64,000 bases of DNA from Lysobacterales bacterium (GCA_036351115.1 JAZBOL010000033.1:1404-65403), one strand, 5' to 3'; shown: positions 44,508-54,970, counted from the first letter of the stretch. The notes: generated by a model from the sequence alone, not told the origin. A program made the numbers and translations.

Positions 44508-44544
44508 ACCCACCTGCCGCGCGTTTCCGCGCGACCTTCCCGCC

Positions 44545-44573
44545 TTGAGGCACGGCCTCGGTGCTGGTATACT
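44545..44573 (+). promoter_or_regulatory. Sigma70 promoter TTGAGG-N17-TATACT upstream of rpsF
   Basis: -35 at 44545-44550 and -10 at 44568-44573, about 140 nt before the rpsF ATG. The leader contains hairpins CCGAGCGTGCTCGG and GGCCCGGTCTTCGGGCC. Confidence 0.6.
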
Positions 44574-44711
44574 CCGCCGGCTTCGCGTCGGGGTTAGCCC
44601 GCCTGCGAAGAAAATCCTTGTTTCACCCGGACTTTCCGAGCGTGCTCGGCTCCGTACCGGGGAGACTTTGAAGGCCCGGTCTTCGGGCCGCCAAATCCGT
44701 AGGGAGTCACC

Positions 44712-45146
44712 ATGAGACATTACGAAATTTGCTTCCTGGTCCACCCGGACCAGAGCGAGCAGGTACCCGCCATGCTGGAGCGGTACCAGAGCCTGATCGA
44801 AGAGAACGGTGGCAAGATCCACCGCCTCGAAGACTGGGGCCGTCGCCAGCTCGCCTTTTCCATCGCCAAGCTGCACAAGGCGCACTACGTGCTCATGAAC
44901 ATCGAGTGCGACGCCGAAACGCTGGCCGAGCTGGAAGGTGTTTTCCGCTTCAACGACGCCGTTCTGCGCCACCTGACGATTCGTCGCCAGTCCGCCGTGG
45001 AAGAGCAGTCACCGATTCTCAAGGCCAAGGAAGAGAAAGACCGCGCGCAGAACGACCGCGACGGTGGCCGCTCGGGCGACAAACCCGAGAAGCAGGTCGA
45101 GAAGAAGGAAGCCGCCGAGGAAACCACCAGTGAGGAGAGCGCATAA
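44712..45146 (+). CDS. rpsF: 30S ribosomal protein S6
   Basis: [19 protein letters not shown]-terminus and an acidic C-terminal tail. Confidence 0.97.
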   Translation: MRHYEICFLVHPDQSEQVPAMLERYQSLIEENGGKIHRLEDWGRRQLAFSIAKLHKAHYVLMNIECDAETLAELEGVFRFNDAVLRHLTIRRQSAVEEQSPILKAKEEKDRAQNDRDGGRSGDKPEKQVEKKEAAEETTSEESA

Positions 45147-45370
45147 TGGCCCGTCATTTCCGTCGCAGAAAATATTGCCGCTTCACTGCCGAGGGCATTG
45201 AAGAGATCGATTACAAGGACCTGAACCTGCTCAAGCAGTACGTGGGTGAGTCCGGCAAGGTGGTGCCGAGCCGCATCACCGGCACCAAGGCCCGTTACCA
45301 GCGCCAGCTCGCCACTGCGGTGAAGCGCGCCCGGTTCCTGGGTCTGCTGCCGTACACCGACAACCACTGA
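45146..45370 (+). CDS. rpsR: 30S ribosomal protein S18
   Basis: [28 protein letters not shown]. The ATG overlaps the rpsF stop (TAATG). Confidence 0.97.
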   Translation: MARHFRRRKYCRFTAEGIEEIDYKDLNLLKQYVGESGKVVPSRITGTKARYQRQLATAVKRARFLGLLPYTDNH

Positions 45371-45386
45371 GCGGGAGGAACGCACC

Positions 45387-46037
45387 ATGAAACTCATCCT
45401 GCTGGAAAAAATCGCCAACCTCGGTGATCTCGGCGAAACGGTGGAAGTGAAGTCCGGCTACGGACGCAACTTCCTCATGCCCCAGGGCATGGCCGTGGCC
45501 GCCACCAAGGACAACGTCGCCATGTTCGAAGAGCGCCGCGCCGAGCTGGAAGCCGCTGCAGCCGAGAAGCTGTCCACGGCGGAAGCCCGGGCCGCGAAGC
45601 TCAACGAGGTGGTACTGAAAATCGACGCCAACGCCAGCGACGAAGGCAACCTGTTCGGCTCCATCGGGCCGCGCGAGATCGCCGACGCCGTGACGGAAAC
45701 GGGCGTGGAGCTGGAGAAGAGCGAAGTGATCATGGGCGAGGGCCCGATCCGCGCCAACGGCGCCTACGACATCCCGATTCAACTGCACGCCGACGTGGTG
45801 GCCGAGATCAAGGTCATCGTCAACGAGGCCGCGATCATCGCCGAGGCCGACACCAAGGCCGAAGCCGAGGAAGTGCTCGACTACGACGCCGACGACGCCC
45901 AGGTGGTGGAGACGGTCATCGACGACGATGCCATGGAGAATCCGACGGCCGAAGCCGTGGAAGCGATCGAAACCATGGAAGCGGTCGAGGAAGCCATGGA
46001 CAGTGAAGAGCCGGAGGCGAAAACGCCGGCTTCCTGA
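45387..46037 (+). CDS. rplI: 50S ribosomal protein L9 with a ~65-aa acidic C-terminal extension
   Basis: [31 protein letters not shown]-domain. The canonical ~150-aa body is followed by an E/D/A-rich tail. Confidence 0.95.
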   Translation: MKLILLEKIANLGDLGETVEVKSGYGRNFLMPQGMAVAATKDNVAMFEERRAELEAAAAEKLSTAEARAAKLNEVVLKIDANASDEGNLFGSIGPREIADAVTETGVELEKSEVIMGEGPIRANGAYDIPIQLHADVVAEIKVIVNEAAIIAEADTKAEAEEVLDYDADDAQVVETVIDDDAMENPTAEAVEAIETMEAVEEAMDSEEPEAKTPAS

Positions 46038-46056
46038 GCTGCGAGAACGCCCCGTC

Positions 46057-46090
46057 GAACGCCCCGGCCTGCCGGGGCGTTCGTGTTTCC
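46057..46090 (+). terminator. Terminator hairpin after rplI
   Basis: An 11-bp perfect stem, GAACGCCCCGG-CCTG-CCGGGGCGTTC (46057-46082), followed by GTGTTT. Confidence 0.6.
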
Positions 46091-46198
46091 GGGCTGTGCT
46101 ATCCTGATTTTCCGGCGCCCGGAACGCGCACCCGAGACGTGGTCGCGGCCGAATGCAACAACGAACCCAAGCGAAGCCTTCACAGGCGGTGAAACTCC

Positions 46199-47578
46199 AT
46201 GGCCGAACCCAGACTGGCGAGCGTCGAACAGCTCAAAGTCCCTCCCCACTCCATCGAGGCGGAGCAGTCCGTGCTCGGCGGCATCCTGCTGGCGGAGCGA
46301 GGTTTCGAGGAAGTGGCCGACCGCATCAGCGAGGAGGACTTCTACCGGGAGGATCACCGGCTGATCTACCGCGCCATCTGTGAGCTCAACGACCTGGGCA
46401 GCCCCCTCGACGCGGTCACGGTGACCGAGTGGTTCGAGAACAACGGCCACATCGACCGGGTGGACGGTGGCGCGTACATCGTACAGCTCACCAACACGAC
46501 GCCCAGCGCGGCCAACATCACCGCCTACGCGGACATCGTCCGGGAGAAAAGCATCCTGCGTTCCCTGATCGACGTCGGCACGCTGATCACCAGCAAGGCC
46601 TTCGGTTCCGAGGGCCGGAACAGCAAGGAGCTGCTGGAAGAGGCGGAAAAGGCCATCTTCGCCATTGCCGACCGCGGCCAGCGGGCGGGGCAGGGTTTCG
46701 TCTCCGTGCAGGACACGCTGGACGAGGCCTTCAAGCGCATCGAGGAGCTCGTGGCGCACGAGGGCGACATCACCGGCATCCCCACCGGCTTCCTGGACTT
46801 CGACAGAAAAACCGCCGGCCTGCAGGACTCCGACCTGGTGATCGTCGCCGGCCGTCCGGCCATGGGCAAGACCACCCTGGCCATGAACATCGCGGAGAAC
46901 GCCGCCATCAAGAGCAAGGTGCCGGTCGCCGTGTTCAGCATGGAGATGTCCTCGCTCCAGCTGGTCATGCGCCTCTTTTCGTCCCTGGGCCAGATCGAAC
47001 AGGGCCGCCTGCGCACCGGCAACCTGGATGACCTGGACTGGCCCAAGCTCACCTCGGCCATGAACATCCTGCGCAGGAGCAAGATCTTCATCGACGAAAC
47101 GCCGGCCCTGTCGCCCTCGGAACTGCGGGCCCGGGCGCGACGCCTGAAGCGTGAGCACGATATCGGCATGATTGTCATCGACTACCTGCAGCTCATGCAG
47201 GTGCCCGGCAACAACGAGAACCGCGCGAACGAAATCGCCGAGATTTCGCGCTCCCTCAAGGCCCTGGCCAAGGAGCTGCACCTGCCGGTGATCGCCCTGT
47301 CCCAGCTCAACCGCTCGCTGGAACAGCGTCCGAACAAGCGGCCCATCATGGCGGATCTGCGTGAATCGGGCTCCATCGAGCAGGACGCCGACCTCATCGT
47401 TTTCATCTACCGGGACGAGGTCTACAACGAGGACTCGCCGGCGAAGGGCAAGGCGGAGATCATCATCGGCAAGCACCGCCACGGTTCCACGGGCACCGTC
47501 GAACTGAACTTCCAGGGCCCCTGGCTGCGCTTCGCCAACCTGGCGCCCGATTATTTCCAGGATGAGGGGTTAGACTGA
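46199..47578 (+). CDS. dnaB: Replicative DNA helicase
   Basis: PPHSIEAEQSVLGGILL N-terminus, Walker A GRPAMGKTT, SLEMS-type (here SMEMS), VIDYLQLM and IIGKHRHG. Confidence 0.97.
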   Translation: MAEPRLASVEQLKVPPHSIEAEQSVLGGILLAERGFEEVADRISEEDFYREDHRLIYRAICELNDLGSPLDAVTVTEWFENNGHIDRVDGGAYIVQLTNTTPSAANITAYADIVREKSILRSLIDVGTLITSKAFGSEGRNSKELLEEAEKAIFAIADRGQRAGQGFVSVQDTLDEAFKRIEELVAHEGDITGIPTGFLDFDRKTAGLQDSDLVIVAGRPAMGKTTLAMNIAENAAIKSKVPVAVFSMEMSSLQLVMRLFSSLGQIEQGRLRTGNLDDLDWPKLTSAMNILRRSKIFIDETPALSPSELRARARRLKREHDIGMIVIDYLQLMQVPGNNENRANEIAEISRSLKALAKELHLPVIALSQLNRSLEQRPNKRPIMADLRESGSIEQDADLIVFIYRDEVYNEDSPAKGKAEIIIGKHRHGSTGTVELNFQGPWLRFANLAPDYFQDEGLD

Positions 47579-47660
47579 GTTCCTTCGCCTGACCGGGACG
47601 CCGCTGCACCTTCCGGCCCGCCGGGCCACCGTTTTCCCAGGAACCTGAACTGACCCGATC

Positions 47661-48734
47661 ATGAGTCGCGAAACCCTCGCACGAATCGACGCCGACGCCC
47701 TGCGTCACAACCTCGACGTGGTGCGCGGTCTCGCGCCCGACAGCCGGGTGGTCAGCGTGGTCAAGGCCGATGCCTATGGCCACGGGGTCGACCTCGTGCT
47801 TCCGGGGCTCGACGCCTCGGACGTGCTCGCCGTTGCCACCGTGGAAGAACTCCAGGCCGTCCGCCAGGCCGGCTGGACCGGTCGCCTGCTGCTCCTGGAA
47901 GGGTTCGCGGGTTCCAGGGAATTCGACGTGGCGGCCCGCACCGGCGCTGAAACGGTCATTCATCACGAGACGCAGCTCGAACTGCTCGAAGCCCGCGGTG
48001 CTTTGCCCGGGCCCCGCTGCTGGCTGAAGGTCGATACGGGCATGCATCGCCTGGGCTTTCCCGAATCGTCCTTTGAGGACGCCCTGGCCCGGCTGCAGGC
48101 CCTCGATGACGGGCGCCCTCCCATCCTCATGTCCCACTTCGCTTGCGCGGACGAGCCGGCCTCCGGCGCGACGGCGCAGCAGCTGGAACGGTTCCAGGCG
48201 GTGTGCGACCGGGACGACCTGCCCGTATCGCTCGCCAACTCCGCCGGACTGCTGAATTTTCCCGAAAGCCGGCGGGACTACGTGCGTCCCGGCATCCTGC
48301 TGTACGGGATCTCACCCCTGGCCGAGGCGACCGGCGAGGACCATGGCCTGCGTCCGGTCATGACCCTGAGCACGCACCTGCTGGCCATCAACACGGTGCC
48401 GGCGGGGGAGCGGGTCGGTTACGGCGGGCGCTTCGAATGTCCGGAGACCCTGCGCATCGGCGTGGCCGGTATCGGCTACGGCGACGGCTATCCCCGGGCG
48501 GTGCCTGATGGCACGCCGGTGCTGGTCAACGGTCGCCGGGCAGCCATCGCCGGCCGCGTGTCCATGGACATGATCACCATCGACCTGCGCGGCCACGACG
48601 ATGCCCGGGTCGGCGACGAGGTCATTCTCTGGGGGCGCGGTCTGCCCGTCGAGACGGTCGCCCGGGCGGCGGGCATGATTCCCTACGAGCTGGTGTGTGG
48701 CATTACGGGGCGTGTCAGGCGGGTGCGAGCCTGA
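47661..48734 (+). CDS. alr: Alanine racemase
   Basis: PLP-Lys motif VVKADAYGHG, and C-terminal YGDGYPR and GRVSMDMITIDL. Confidence 0.93.
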   Translation: MSRETLARIDADALRHNLDVVRGLAPDSRVVSVVKADAYGHGVDLVLPGLDASDVLAVATVEELQAVRQAGWTGRLLLLEGFAGSREFDVAARTGAETVIHHETQLELLEARGALPGPRCWLKVDTGMHRLGFPESSFEDALARLQALDDGRPPILMSHFACADEPASGATAQQLERFQAVCDRDDLPVSLANSAGLLNFPESRRDYVRPGILLYGISPLAEATGEDHGLRPVMTLSTHLLAINTVPAGERVGYGGRFECPETLRIGVAGIGYGDGYPRAVPDGTPVLVNGRRAAIAGRVSMDMITIDLRGHDDARVGDEVILWGRGLPVETVARAAGMIPYELVCGITGRVRRVRA

Positions 48735-48817
48735 AACCGGTGATTTTGCTTGCGGCCGCCCCAGGAAGGCTTACAGCCCGGGGTTCTGGCGACCGAACAG
48801 GCAACGGCCGCAAGGAG

Positions 48818-49279
48818 TCAGGGCGCAAGGGCCCGCTGCCACGGCGGCCCGTCCGTGAACTGTCGAAAGTTGACGACCTTGCCATCCACCAGTTGCCAAA
48901 CGTGCACAAACGGCGCCTCGACACTCCGTCCCGTGGCCTTGTAAGTGCCCCGGTAGGTTCCCAGCGCGATGACCCGGTTGCCGTCGGCAACGAATGCCTC
49001 CGGGCTCACCTCATAGCCGTCCCACTCCGCGCCGATGCGCGAAATCAAGCCCTCGAGGAGGGCGTCAGGCCCGACGTACGTACCCGCGTAGGGGTAGCCC
49101 TCGGCGTCGGTCCAGGTCACCTTCGGATCGAGGATGGCGATGAAGGCGTCGACGTCACCGCTGGCGAAGTCATCATAGGCCTGCTCGACGAGAGCGCGAT
49201 TCGCCTCGACGGGACTTTGCACCAGAGCACACGCGGGAAGAAGAGCAAGCAGGAATGTAAGAACGAACAAGCGGGTCAT
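48818..49279 (-). CDS. SnoaL/NTF2-like lipoprotein
   Basis: Lipobox LLALLPAC. NTF2-like core NRALVEQAYDDFASGDVDAFIAILDPKVTW. The start is set at ATG 49279. Confidence 0.7.
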   Translation of the reverse strand: MTRLFVLTFLLALLPACALVQSPVEANRALVEQAYDDFASGDVDAFIAILDPKVTWTDAEGYPYAGTYVGPDALLEGLISRIGAEWDGYEVSPEAFVADGNRVIALGTYRGTYKATGRSVEAPFVHVWQLVDGKVVNFRQFTDGPPWQRALAP

Positions 49280-49492
49280 GTGTGGAAAGGACTCCAGAAT
49301 TGGCATCAGGTACAGGGCCTCCAGGTTGCGTCCGGCCGCGCCGGAATCACGATCATCCGCTATGGGTTACCGGAGGGGGCGACGTAAGGAAGGGGGCCAG
49401 AAAAGCGATGAGCATCCCTCCTGCGGCCTCAATCGATAGCTGGGGGCAAAGGTACAGCAAAAATCAACCAGCGTCCGCTTTCGGCATTCCCT

Positions 49493-50515
49493 TCATCCGC
49501 TTTCCGCCTCGCTGTCCGTGAGCTCGTACTTGCGCAGGTAACCGCGCAGCTGGTGGTAGGTCAGCCCCAGGTACTCCGCGGTCTTTTTCTGGTTGAAGCG
49601 GTTCTTCTCGAGCGCCGCTTTCAGCAGCGCGATTTCCTGGTTCTGCACGTGTTCCTTGAAGTCATAGGGGCCCTCCGGTGCGGCTGGCTGCTCATCCCTG
49701 TCCCCGACCGTCGCAGCGTCTGCCCGATGCGGTCGCCAGGGCGAATCAAAGGGGTCGAACACGATGCGCGAAACCTCGGTTTCCGGGTCCTCGCGGGAAT
49801 ACACGGCGCGCTCCACGACGTTCTTGAGCTCCCGCACGTTGCCGGGCCAGGAGAAGTTCATGAGCGCGTCCCGGGCCGACTCGTCGAAGCCGGGAAACAG
49901 TTCGTGGCCGAGTTCTCCCGCCATGCGCACGGCGAAATGCTCCGCCAGGGGCAGGATGTCCTCTGGCCGCTCACGCAGGGGGGGCAGGGTGATCACGTCG
50001 AAGGCCAGGCGGTCGAGGAGGTCGGCCCGGAACCGGCCCTCGTCGGCCAGGCGCGGCAGGTCCTCGTTCGTCGCGCCGATCAGCCGGACGTCCGTCTGCA
50101 GGGTCTCCGTCCCGCCGACGCGCTCGAATTCGCCGTATTCGATCACGCGCAGGATCTTTTCCTGGACCCGGGACGAAGTGCTCGCGAGCTCATCGAGAAA
50201 CAGGCTGCCCTCGTGCGCCAGTTCGAAGCGGCCCGGCCGCCGCTTGTTCGCCCCGGTAAAGGAGCCGGCCTCGTGTCCGAAGAGTTCGCTCTCCAGGAGC
50301 GAGTCGGTCAGGGCGGCGCAGTTGAGCTTGACGAAGGGCTTGTCCCAGCGGGCGGACAGGTAGTGGATCCGGGCGGCGATGAGCTCCTTGCCCGTGCCGC
50401 GCTCGCCGATCACCAGCACCGGCCGGTCCAGGGGTGCGATTCGCGAGACATGCTCGAGCACCTCCAGGAAGCCGGGAGACTCGCCGATCAGTGGTTGTTC
50501 CTGTTGCTGGCGCAC
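49493..50515 (-). CDS. pspF: Sigma54-dependent activator of the PspF type (AAA+ plus HTH, no sensory N-domain)
   Basis: Near-collinear with my recollection of E. coli PspF: LIGESPGFLEVLEHVSRIAPLDRPVLVIGERGTGKE, ESELFGHEAGSFTGA, RADLLDRLAFDVITLPPLRER and C-terminal LGLTYHQLRGYLRKY. Confidence 0.88.
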   Translation of the reverse strand: MRQQQEQPLIGESPGFLEVLEHVSRIAPLDRPVLVIGERGTGKELIAARIHYLSARWDKPFVKLNCAALTDSLLESELFGHEAGSFTGANKRRPGRFELAHEGSLFLDELASTSSRVQEKILRVIEYGEFERVGGTETLQTDVRLIGATNEDLPRLADEGRFRADLLDRLAFDVITLPPLRERPEDILPLAEHFAVRMAGELGHELFPGFDESARDALMNFSWPGNVRELKNVVERAVYSREDPETEVSRIVFDPFDSPWRPHRADAATVGDRDEQPAAPEGPYDFKEHVQNQEIALLKAALEKNRFNQKKTAEYLGLTYHQLRGYLRKYELTDSEAESG

Positions 50516-50726
50516 GGCCTGGGTCCCTCGTTTTCAGCACGGTCGAGGCGTCCCTGTCGCCTCTCCGTCGCCGCCATGTCGGCTTTCATTGTAGGAAATG
50601 CGCGGCGGCGCTGCCCGGGTGAATGGTCACGGGCCACCGGGCGGCGGTGAGGCGGTATCATGCCCGCTATCCCGCGTGAATCGGTCCGGTCCACGGGCCC
50701 TCGGAAACGGAGCAAGGCAGCCCGGC

Positions 50727-52103
50727 ATGGCGAAGAGCAAGGTGGTGTACCAGTGCGACGATTGCGGCGCACGCCTCAGCAAGTGGGCCGGTCAGTGTCC
50801 GGAATGCCAGGCCTGGAACACGGTTCGCGAAGCCGTCGCGGCGTCCCGCCCCTCCCTGCAGCCGGTGGGCAGCCGCCGCGACGGCTATGCCGGCGCCGGC
50901 GGCGGGGCCGACGTGGTGTCCCTGGCGAGCGTCGCCCTCGACGAACAGGAACGTCGCGCCACGGGCCTGCCCGAACTGGACCGGGTGCTCGGCGGGGGTC
51001 TCGTGCCCGGTTCCGTCGTTCTCCTCGGGGGCGATCCGGGCATCGGCAAGTCCACCCTGCTGTTGCAAAGCCTCGCCGCCATGTCCTCGACCACGGACAC
51101 GCTCTACGTCACCGGTGAAGAGTCGCTCCAGCAGATCAGCCTCCGAGCCCAGCGCCTGGGACTTGATGCGGGCCGCCTGAACTGCCTGACCGAGACCTGT
51201 GTCGAGCATATTCTCGGTGCCGTGGAGGCGCGGAAGCCGTCCCTCGTGGTCATCGATTCGATCCAGACGCTCTTTTCCGAACAGGTGCAGTCCGCCCCCG
51301 GCTCGGTCAGCCAGGTACGAGAGTCCGCCGCGGCGCTCGTGCGCCACGCCAAGCGGGCCCAGTGCACCATGCTGCTCGTGGGGCACGTCACCAAGGAAGG
51401 CGCCCTGGCCGGGCCCCGGGTGCTCGAACACATGGTGGATGCCGTGCTCTATTTCGAGAGCGACAGCGGCAGCCGCTATCGCATCGTCCGATCCGTGAAG
51501 AATCGCTTCGGCACGGTCAACGAACTGGGCATCTTCGCCATGACCGGCGAGGGACTGAAACAGGTGAAGAACCCGTCCGCCATTTTCCTGTCGGGTTCCG
51601 AGGCCCTGCCGGGCAGCTGTGTCACCGTGGTGCGCGAGGGTACCCGGCCCATGCTCCTCGAGTTGCAGGCCCTGGTGGACGACAGTCACCTGTCCAACCC
51701 ACGCCGGGTCGCCCTGGGCCTGGACGCCAATCGCCTGGCGATGCTGCTGGCGGTGCTGCACCGCCACGGGGGCGTGTCCTTCTCGGACCAGGACGTGTTC
51801 ATCAACGTGGTGGGTGGCATGCGCCTGGCGGAGACGGGCAGTGATTTGCCCCTGGCCCTGGCGCTCCTGTCCAGCTTTCGCCATCGTGCGCTGCCGGAAG
51901 GGCAGGTCGTGTTCGGCGAGGTGGGTCTCGGCGGTGAAATCCGTCCGGTTTACAACGGCGAAGAGCGCCTGAAGGAAGCCGCCACCCACGGGTTTCGCCG
52001 GGCCGTGGTGCCGAAGGCGAACCGGCCCCGCAAACCCATCGAGGGTCTGGAGGTCATCGCGGTGAGCACCCTGGCGGACGCCCTGGACCGGGCGTTCGAA
52101 TAG
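50727..52103 (+). CDS. radA: DNA repair protein RadA/Sms
   Basis: Zinc finger CDDCGARLSKWAGQCPEC, Walker A GDPGIGKST, KNRFG, and a Lon-like C-domain. Confidence 0.96.
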   Translation: MAKSKVVYQCDDCGARLSKWAGQCPECQAWNTVREAVAASRPSLQPVGSRRDGYAGAGGGADVVSLASVALDEQERRATGLPELDRVLGGGLVPGSVVLLGGDPGIGKSTLLLQSLAAMSSTTDTLYVTGEESLQQISLRAQRLGLDAGRLNCLTETCVEHILGAVEARKPSLVVIDSIQTLFSEQVQSAPGSVSQVRESAAALVRHAKRAQCTMLLVGHVTKEGALAGPRVLEHMVDAVLYFESDSGSRYRIVRSVKNRFGTVNELGIFAMTGEGLKQVKNPSAIFLSGSEALPGSCVTVVREGTRPMLLELQALVDDSHLSNPRRVALGLDANRLAMLLAVLHRHGGVSFSDQDVFINVVGGMRLAETGSDLPLALALLSSFRHRALPEGQVVFGEVGLGGEIRPVYNGEERLKEAATHGFRRAVVPKANRPRKPIEGLEVIAVSTLADALDRAFE

Positions 52104-52130
52104 TCGATTCGCGGCCTGCCGGCCGCTGTA

Positions 52131-52940
52131 TCAACCCCAGCTGCGGCCGAGCACGGCCTCCAGGACCAGCTTGCTGCCGAAGTAGGCCAGGATCAGTACG
52201 AGCACGCCCCCGAGCGTCAGGCGCACGGCGGTGCGGCCGCGCCAGCCCCAGAACAGCCGGCCGCAGAGCAGGGCGCCGAACAGCAGCCAGGCGGCGATGG
52301 ACAGCACGGTCTTGTGCACCAGGTGCTGGGCAAAAAGGTTGTCGATGAACAGGAAGCCCGTGAGCAGGGAGACGGTCAGGAGGGCGAAGCCGAGCGCCAC
52401 CAGTGTGAAGAGCAGGGACTCGAGGATGTCGAGGGCCGGCAGCGCGCGCACCATTCGACTCAGGGCATGTTTGCGCAGGGCCTGGTCGATGACGGTCACG
52501 AATACGGCATACACGCCGGCAAGGGCCAGGAATCCGAAAGCCATGACCGAGCTGACGACGTGTGCGCCGACTGTCGGGGTCACGTTTTCCAGCATGTTGC
52601 CCGGCGCATCGATGGCCCATTCCGCGACCAGCATGAGGCCGGCGAGGGGCAGGGCGACGAGCCCCGCCGCGAACAGCCGGTTGGGATTCACCGCCGCGAA
52701 CAGCACCAGCAGAACGATCACCAGTGCGCAAAGGCTCAACACGTTGAGGAAACTGATCTCCACCGGGGAGTTCACGAACCAGTGCTGCGCCTGGGCCGCC
52801 CCGTGCAGCACCACGCCGGCGGCGGCAAGCACGGCCGGCGCCCGCGGACGGGCGTCCGCATCGGACATCAGGCCGCGGTAGAGCAGGAAAGCCGCCAGCA
52901 GGTAGCAGGCGGCGGCGCTCAGCAGAAAAATGTCATGCAT
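52131..52940 (-). CDS. CcsA/YpjD-like cytochrome c assembly family membrane protein
   Basis: 269 aa, 8 TM. It holds the conserved position divergent from ffh, and has the C-terminal WGWRGRTAVRL-type block. Confidence 0.8.
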   Translation of the reverse strand: MHDIFLLSAAACYLLAAFLLYRGLMSDADARPRAPAVLAAAGVVLHGAAQAQHWFVNSPVEISFLNVLSLCALVIVLLVLFAAVNPNRLFAAGLVALPLAGLMLVAEWAIDAPGNMLENVTPTVGAHVVSSVMAFGFLALAGVYAVFVTVIDQALRKHALSRMVRALPALDILESLLFTLVALGFALLTVSLLTGFLFIDNLFAQHLVHKTVLSIAAWLLFGALLCGRLFWGWRGRTAVRLTLGGVLVLILAYFGSKLVLEAVLGRSWG

Positions 52941-53005
52941 GGTCGAGGGCGCCGTGGCGTCTGATCGACGGCTATAATACCCGACCTACTCAACGGGAGC
53001 AGGGA

Positions 53006-54391
53006 ATGTTTTCCAATCTCAGTGACCGGCTTTCCGGCACCCTGACGCGACTGCGCGGCAAGGGCCGGCTGACCGAGGATTCCATCAGCGAAGCGCTGCG
53101 CGAAGTGCGCGTGGCCCTGCTCGAGGCGGACGTGGCCCTGCCCGTCGTCAAGGACTTCATCGCACAGGTGAAGGAACGCGCCCTGGGCCAGGAGGTGCTC
53201 AAGAGCCTCACGCCGGGCCAGGCGCTGGTCAAGATCGTCAACGACGAGCTGGTCCGCGTCATGGGCGAGGAGAACGAATCCCTCGACCTGAACGCCGCGC
53301 CGCCGGTCGTGGTCATGCTGGCGGGCCTGCAGGGCTCCGGAAAAACGACCACCACGGCCAAGCTGGCCCGGCTGCTGGGCAAGGAGCAGGGCAAGAAGGT
53401 CATGGTGGTGAGCTGTGACGTGTACCGGCCCGCCGCCATCAAGCAGCTGGAAACGCTGGCTGGCCAGGTGGACGCGACCTTCCAGCCGTCCCGGCCGGAC
53501 CAGAAGCCCGTGGACATTGCGACCACCGCCCTCTCGGAAGCCCGGCGCCAGTTCATGGACGTGCTGCTGGTGGACACCGCCGGTCGCCTCGCCATCGACG
53601 AGGCCATGATGACCGAGGCCCGGCAGATTGCCGAGGCGGTCAACCCGAAGGAAATTCTCTTCGTCGTGGACAGCATGACGGGCCAGGACGCCGCCAACAC
53701 GGCGCGCGCCTTCGACGCGGCCCTGTCCCTGACCGGCGTGGTGCTCACCAAGACCGACGGTGATGCCCGCGGCGGTGCGGCCCTGTCCGTTCGCCAGGTT
53801 ACGGGCAAGCCCATCAAGTTCATCGGCGCCGGTGAAAAGGTGGACGCGCTACAGCCGTTCTACCCCGACCGCATCGCCTCCCGCATCCTCGGCATGGGTG
53901 ACGTGCTGTCCCTGGTCGAAGAGGTCCAGGCCAAGGTCGACCAGGACAAGGCCGAGAAGCTCGTCAGGAAGATCCGCCGCGGCGCCGGCTTCAGCCTCGA
54001 GGATTTCAAGTCCCAGATGGAGCAGATGGACCAGATGGGTGGCCTGACCAGCCTGGCCGACAAGCTGCCGGGCATGGGCCAGTTGCCGGACCACGTAAAA
54101 AGCCGCATGGACGACGGGCAGACCCGGCGCATGGTGGCCATCATCAATTCCATGACGCCGCAGGAGCGGGAATTCCCGGACGTTATCAAGGGCTCGCGCA
54201 AGCGCCGTATCGCCAACGGTTCCGGAACCACCATCCAGGAAGTCAATCGCCTGCTGAAGCAGCACGGCCAGATGCAGAAAATGATGAAGAAATTCGGCAA
54301 GGGCGGCATGGCGAAGATGATGAAGAAGCTCGGCCGCATGCAGGGCGGCATGGGCGGCATGGGTGGTCCGCCGGGAGGCTTCCGGCGCTAG
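53006..54391 (+). CDS. ffh: Signal recognition particle protein
   Basis: GLQGSGKTTT, DTAGR, TKTDGDARGGAALS, and a Met-rich M-domain tail. Confidence 0.97.
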   Translation: MFSNLSDRLSGTLTRLRGKGRLTEDSISEALREVRVALLEADVALPVVKDFIAQVKERALGQEVLKSLTPGQALVKIVNDELVRVMGEENESLDLNAAPPVVVMLAGLQGSGKTTTTAKLARLLGKEQGKKVMVVSCDVYRPAAIKQLETLAGQVDATFQPSRPDQKPVDIATTALSEARRQFMDVLLVDTAGRLAIDEAMMTEARQIAEAVNPKEILFVVDSMTGQDAANTARAFDAALSLTGVVLTKTDGDARGGAALSVRQVTGKPIKFIGAGEKVDALQPFYPDRIASRILGMGDVLSLVEEVQAKVDQDKAEKLVRKIRRGAGFSLEDFKSQMEQMDQMGGLTSLADKLPGMGQLPDHVKSRMDDGQTRRMVAIINSMTPQEREFPDVIKGSRKRRIANGSGTTIQEVNRLLKQHGQMQKMMKKFGKGGMAKMMKKLGRMQGGMGGMGGPPGGFRR

Positions 54392-54394
54392 GCG

Positions 54395-54970
54395 TCAGCG
54401 ATGCAGGAAGTCGTCGAGGAAGCGTTCCCTGCTGACGGCGTAGATCAGCCAGAATTCGCCGTCCGCTTCGATCATTTCGCGATAGGTCATGCCCAGTTTT
54501 TGCAGGACCGAGATCGAAGGGCCGTTTTCCCGCATGACCCGGCCGGTGATCAGCGCCAGGCCGAACCGCTCGAAACCCGCCTGTAGGCAGGCTTTACCCG
54601 CTTCGGTCGCGTAACCTGCGGCCCAGTGCTGGCGGAACAGGCGAAATCCCAGGTCCACGTCACCGTCCGCTTCCGCTCGCTTCAGGCCGCAGAATCCCAT
54701 GAACTCCCCGGTTTCCCGGAGCGTGACGGCCCAGCGGCCGAAGCCCTCCGGTTCATAGCTGTAGTGTTTGAGAAAGTGCCGCGCCGCGGCCGGATCGACG
54801 AAGGGGGCTTCCCCGGTGTAGCGCATGACGTCAGGGTCGGTGTTCAGCCGGTAGAGCGCCTCCGCATCGCCGGGACGGAACTGCCGCAGCCGGAGGCGCG
54901 GGGTTTCGAGCATGAAGTCGCTCTGCGGCAAGTCCAGGGCTCCTGTGCGGGAAAATTGCAGAGTAGCCAT
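54395..54970 (-). CDS. GNAT-family N-acetyltransferase (RimJ/RimL-like)
   Basis: TPRLRLRQFRPGDAEALYRLNTDPDVMRY and QHWAAGYATEAGKA. The start is ATG 54970 or 54913. Confidence 0.8.
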   Translation of the reverse strand: MATLQFSRTGALDLPQSDFMLETPRLRLRQFRPGDAEALYRLNTDPDVMRYTGEAPFVDPAAARHFLKHYSYEPEGFGRWAVTLRETGEFMGFCGLKRAEADGDVDLGFRLFRQHWAAGYATEAGKACLQAGFERFGLALITGRVMRENGPSISVLQKLGMTYREMIEADGEFWLIYAVSRERFLDDFLHR

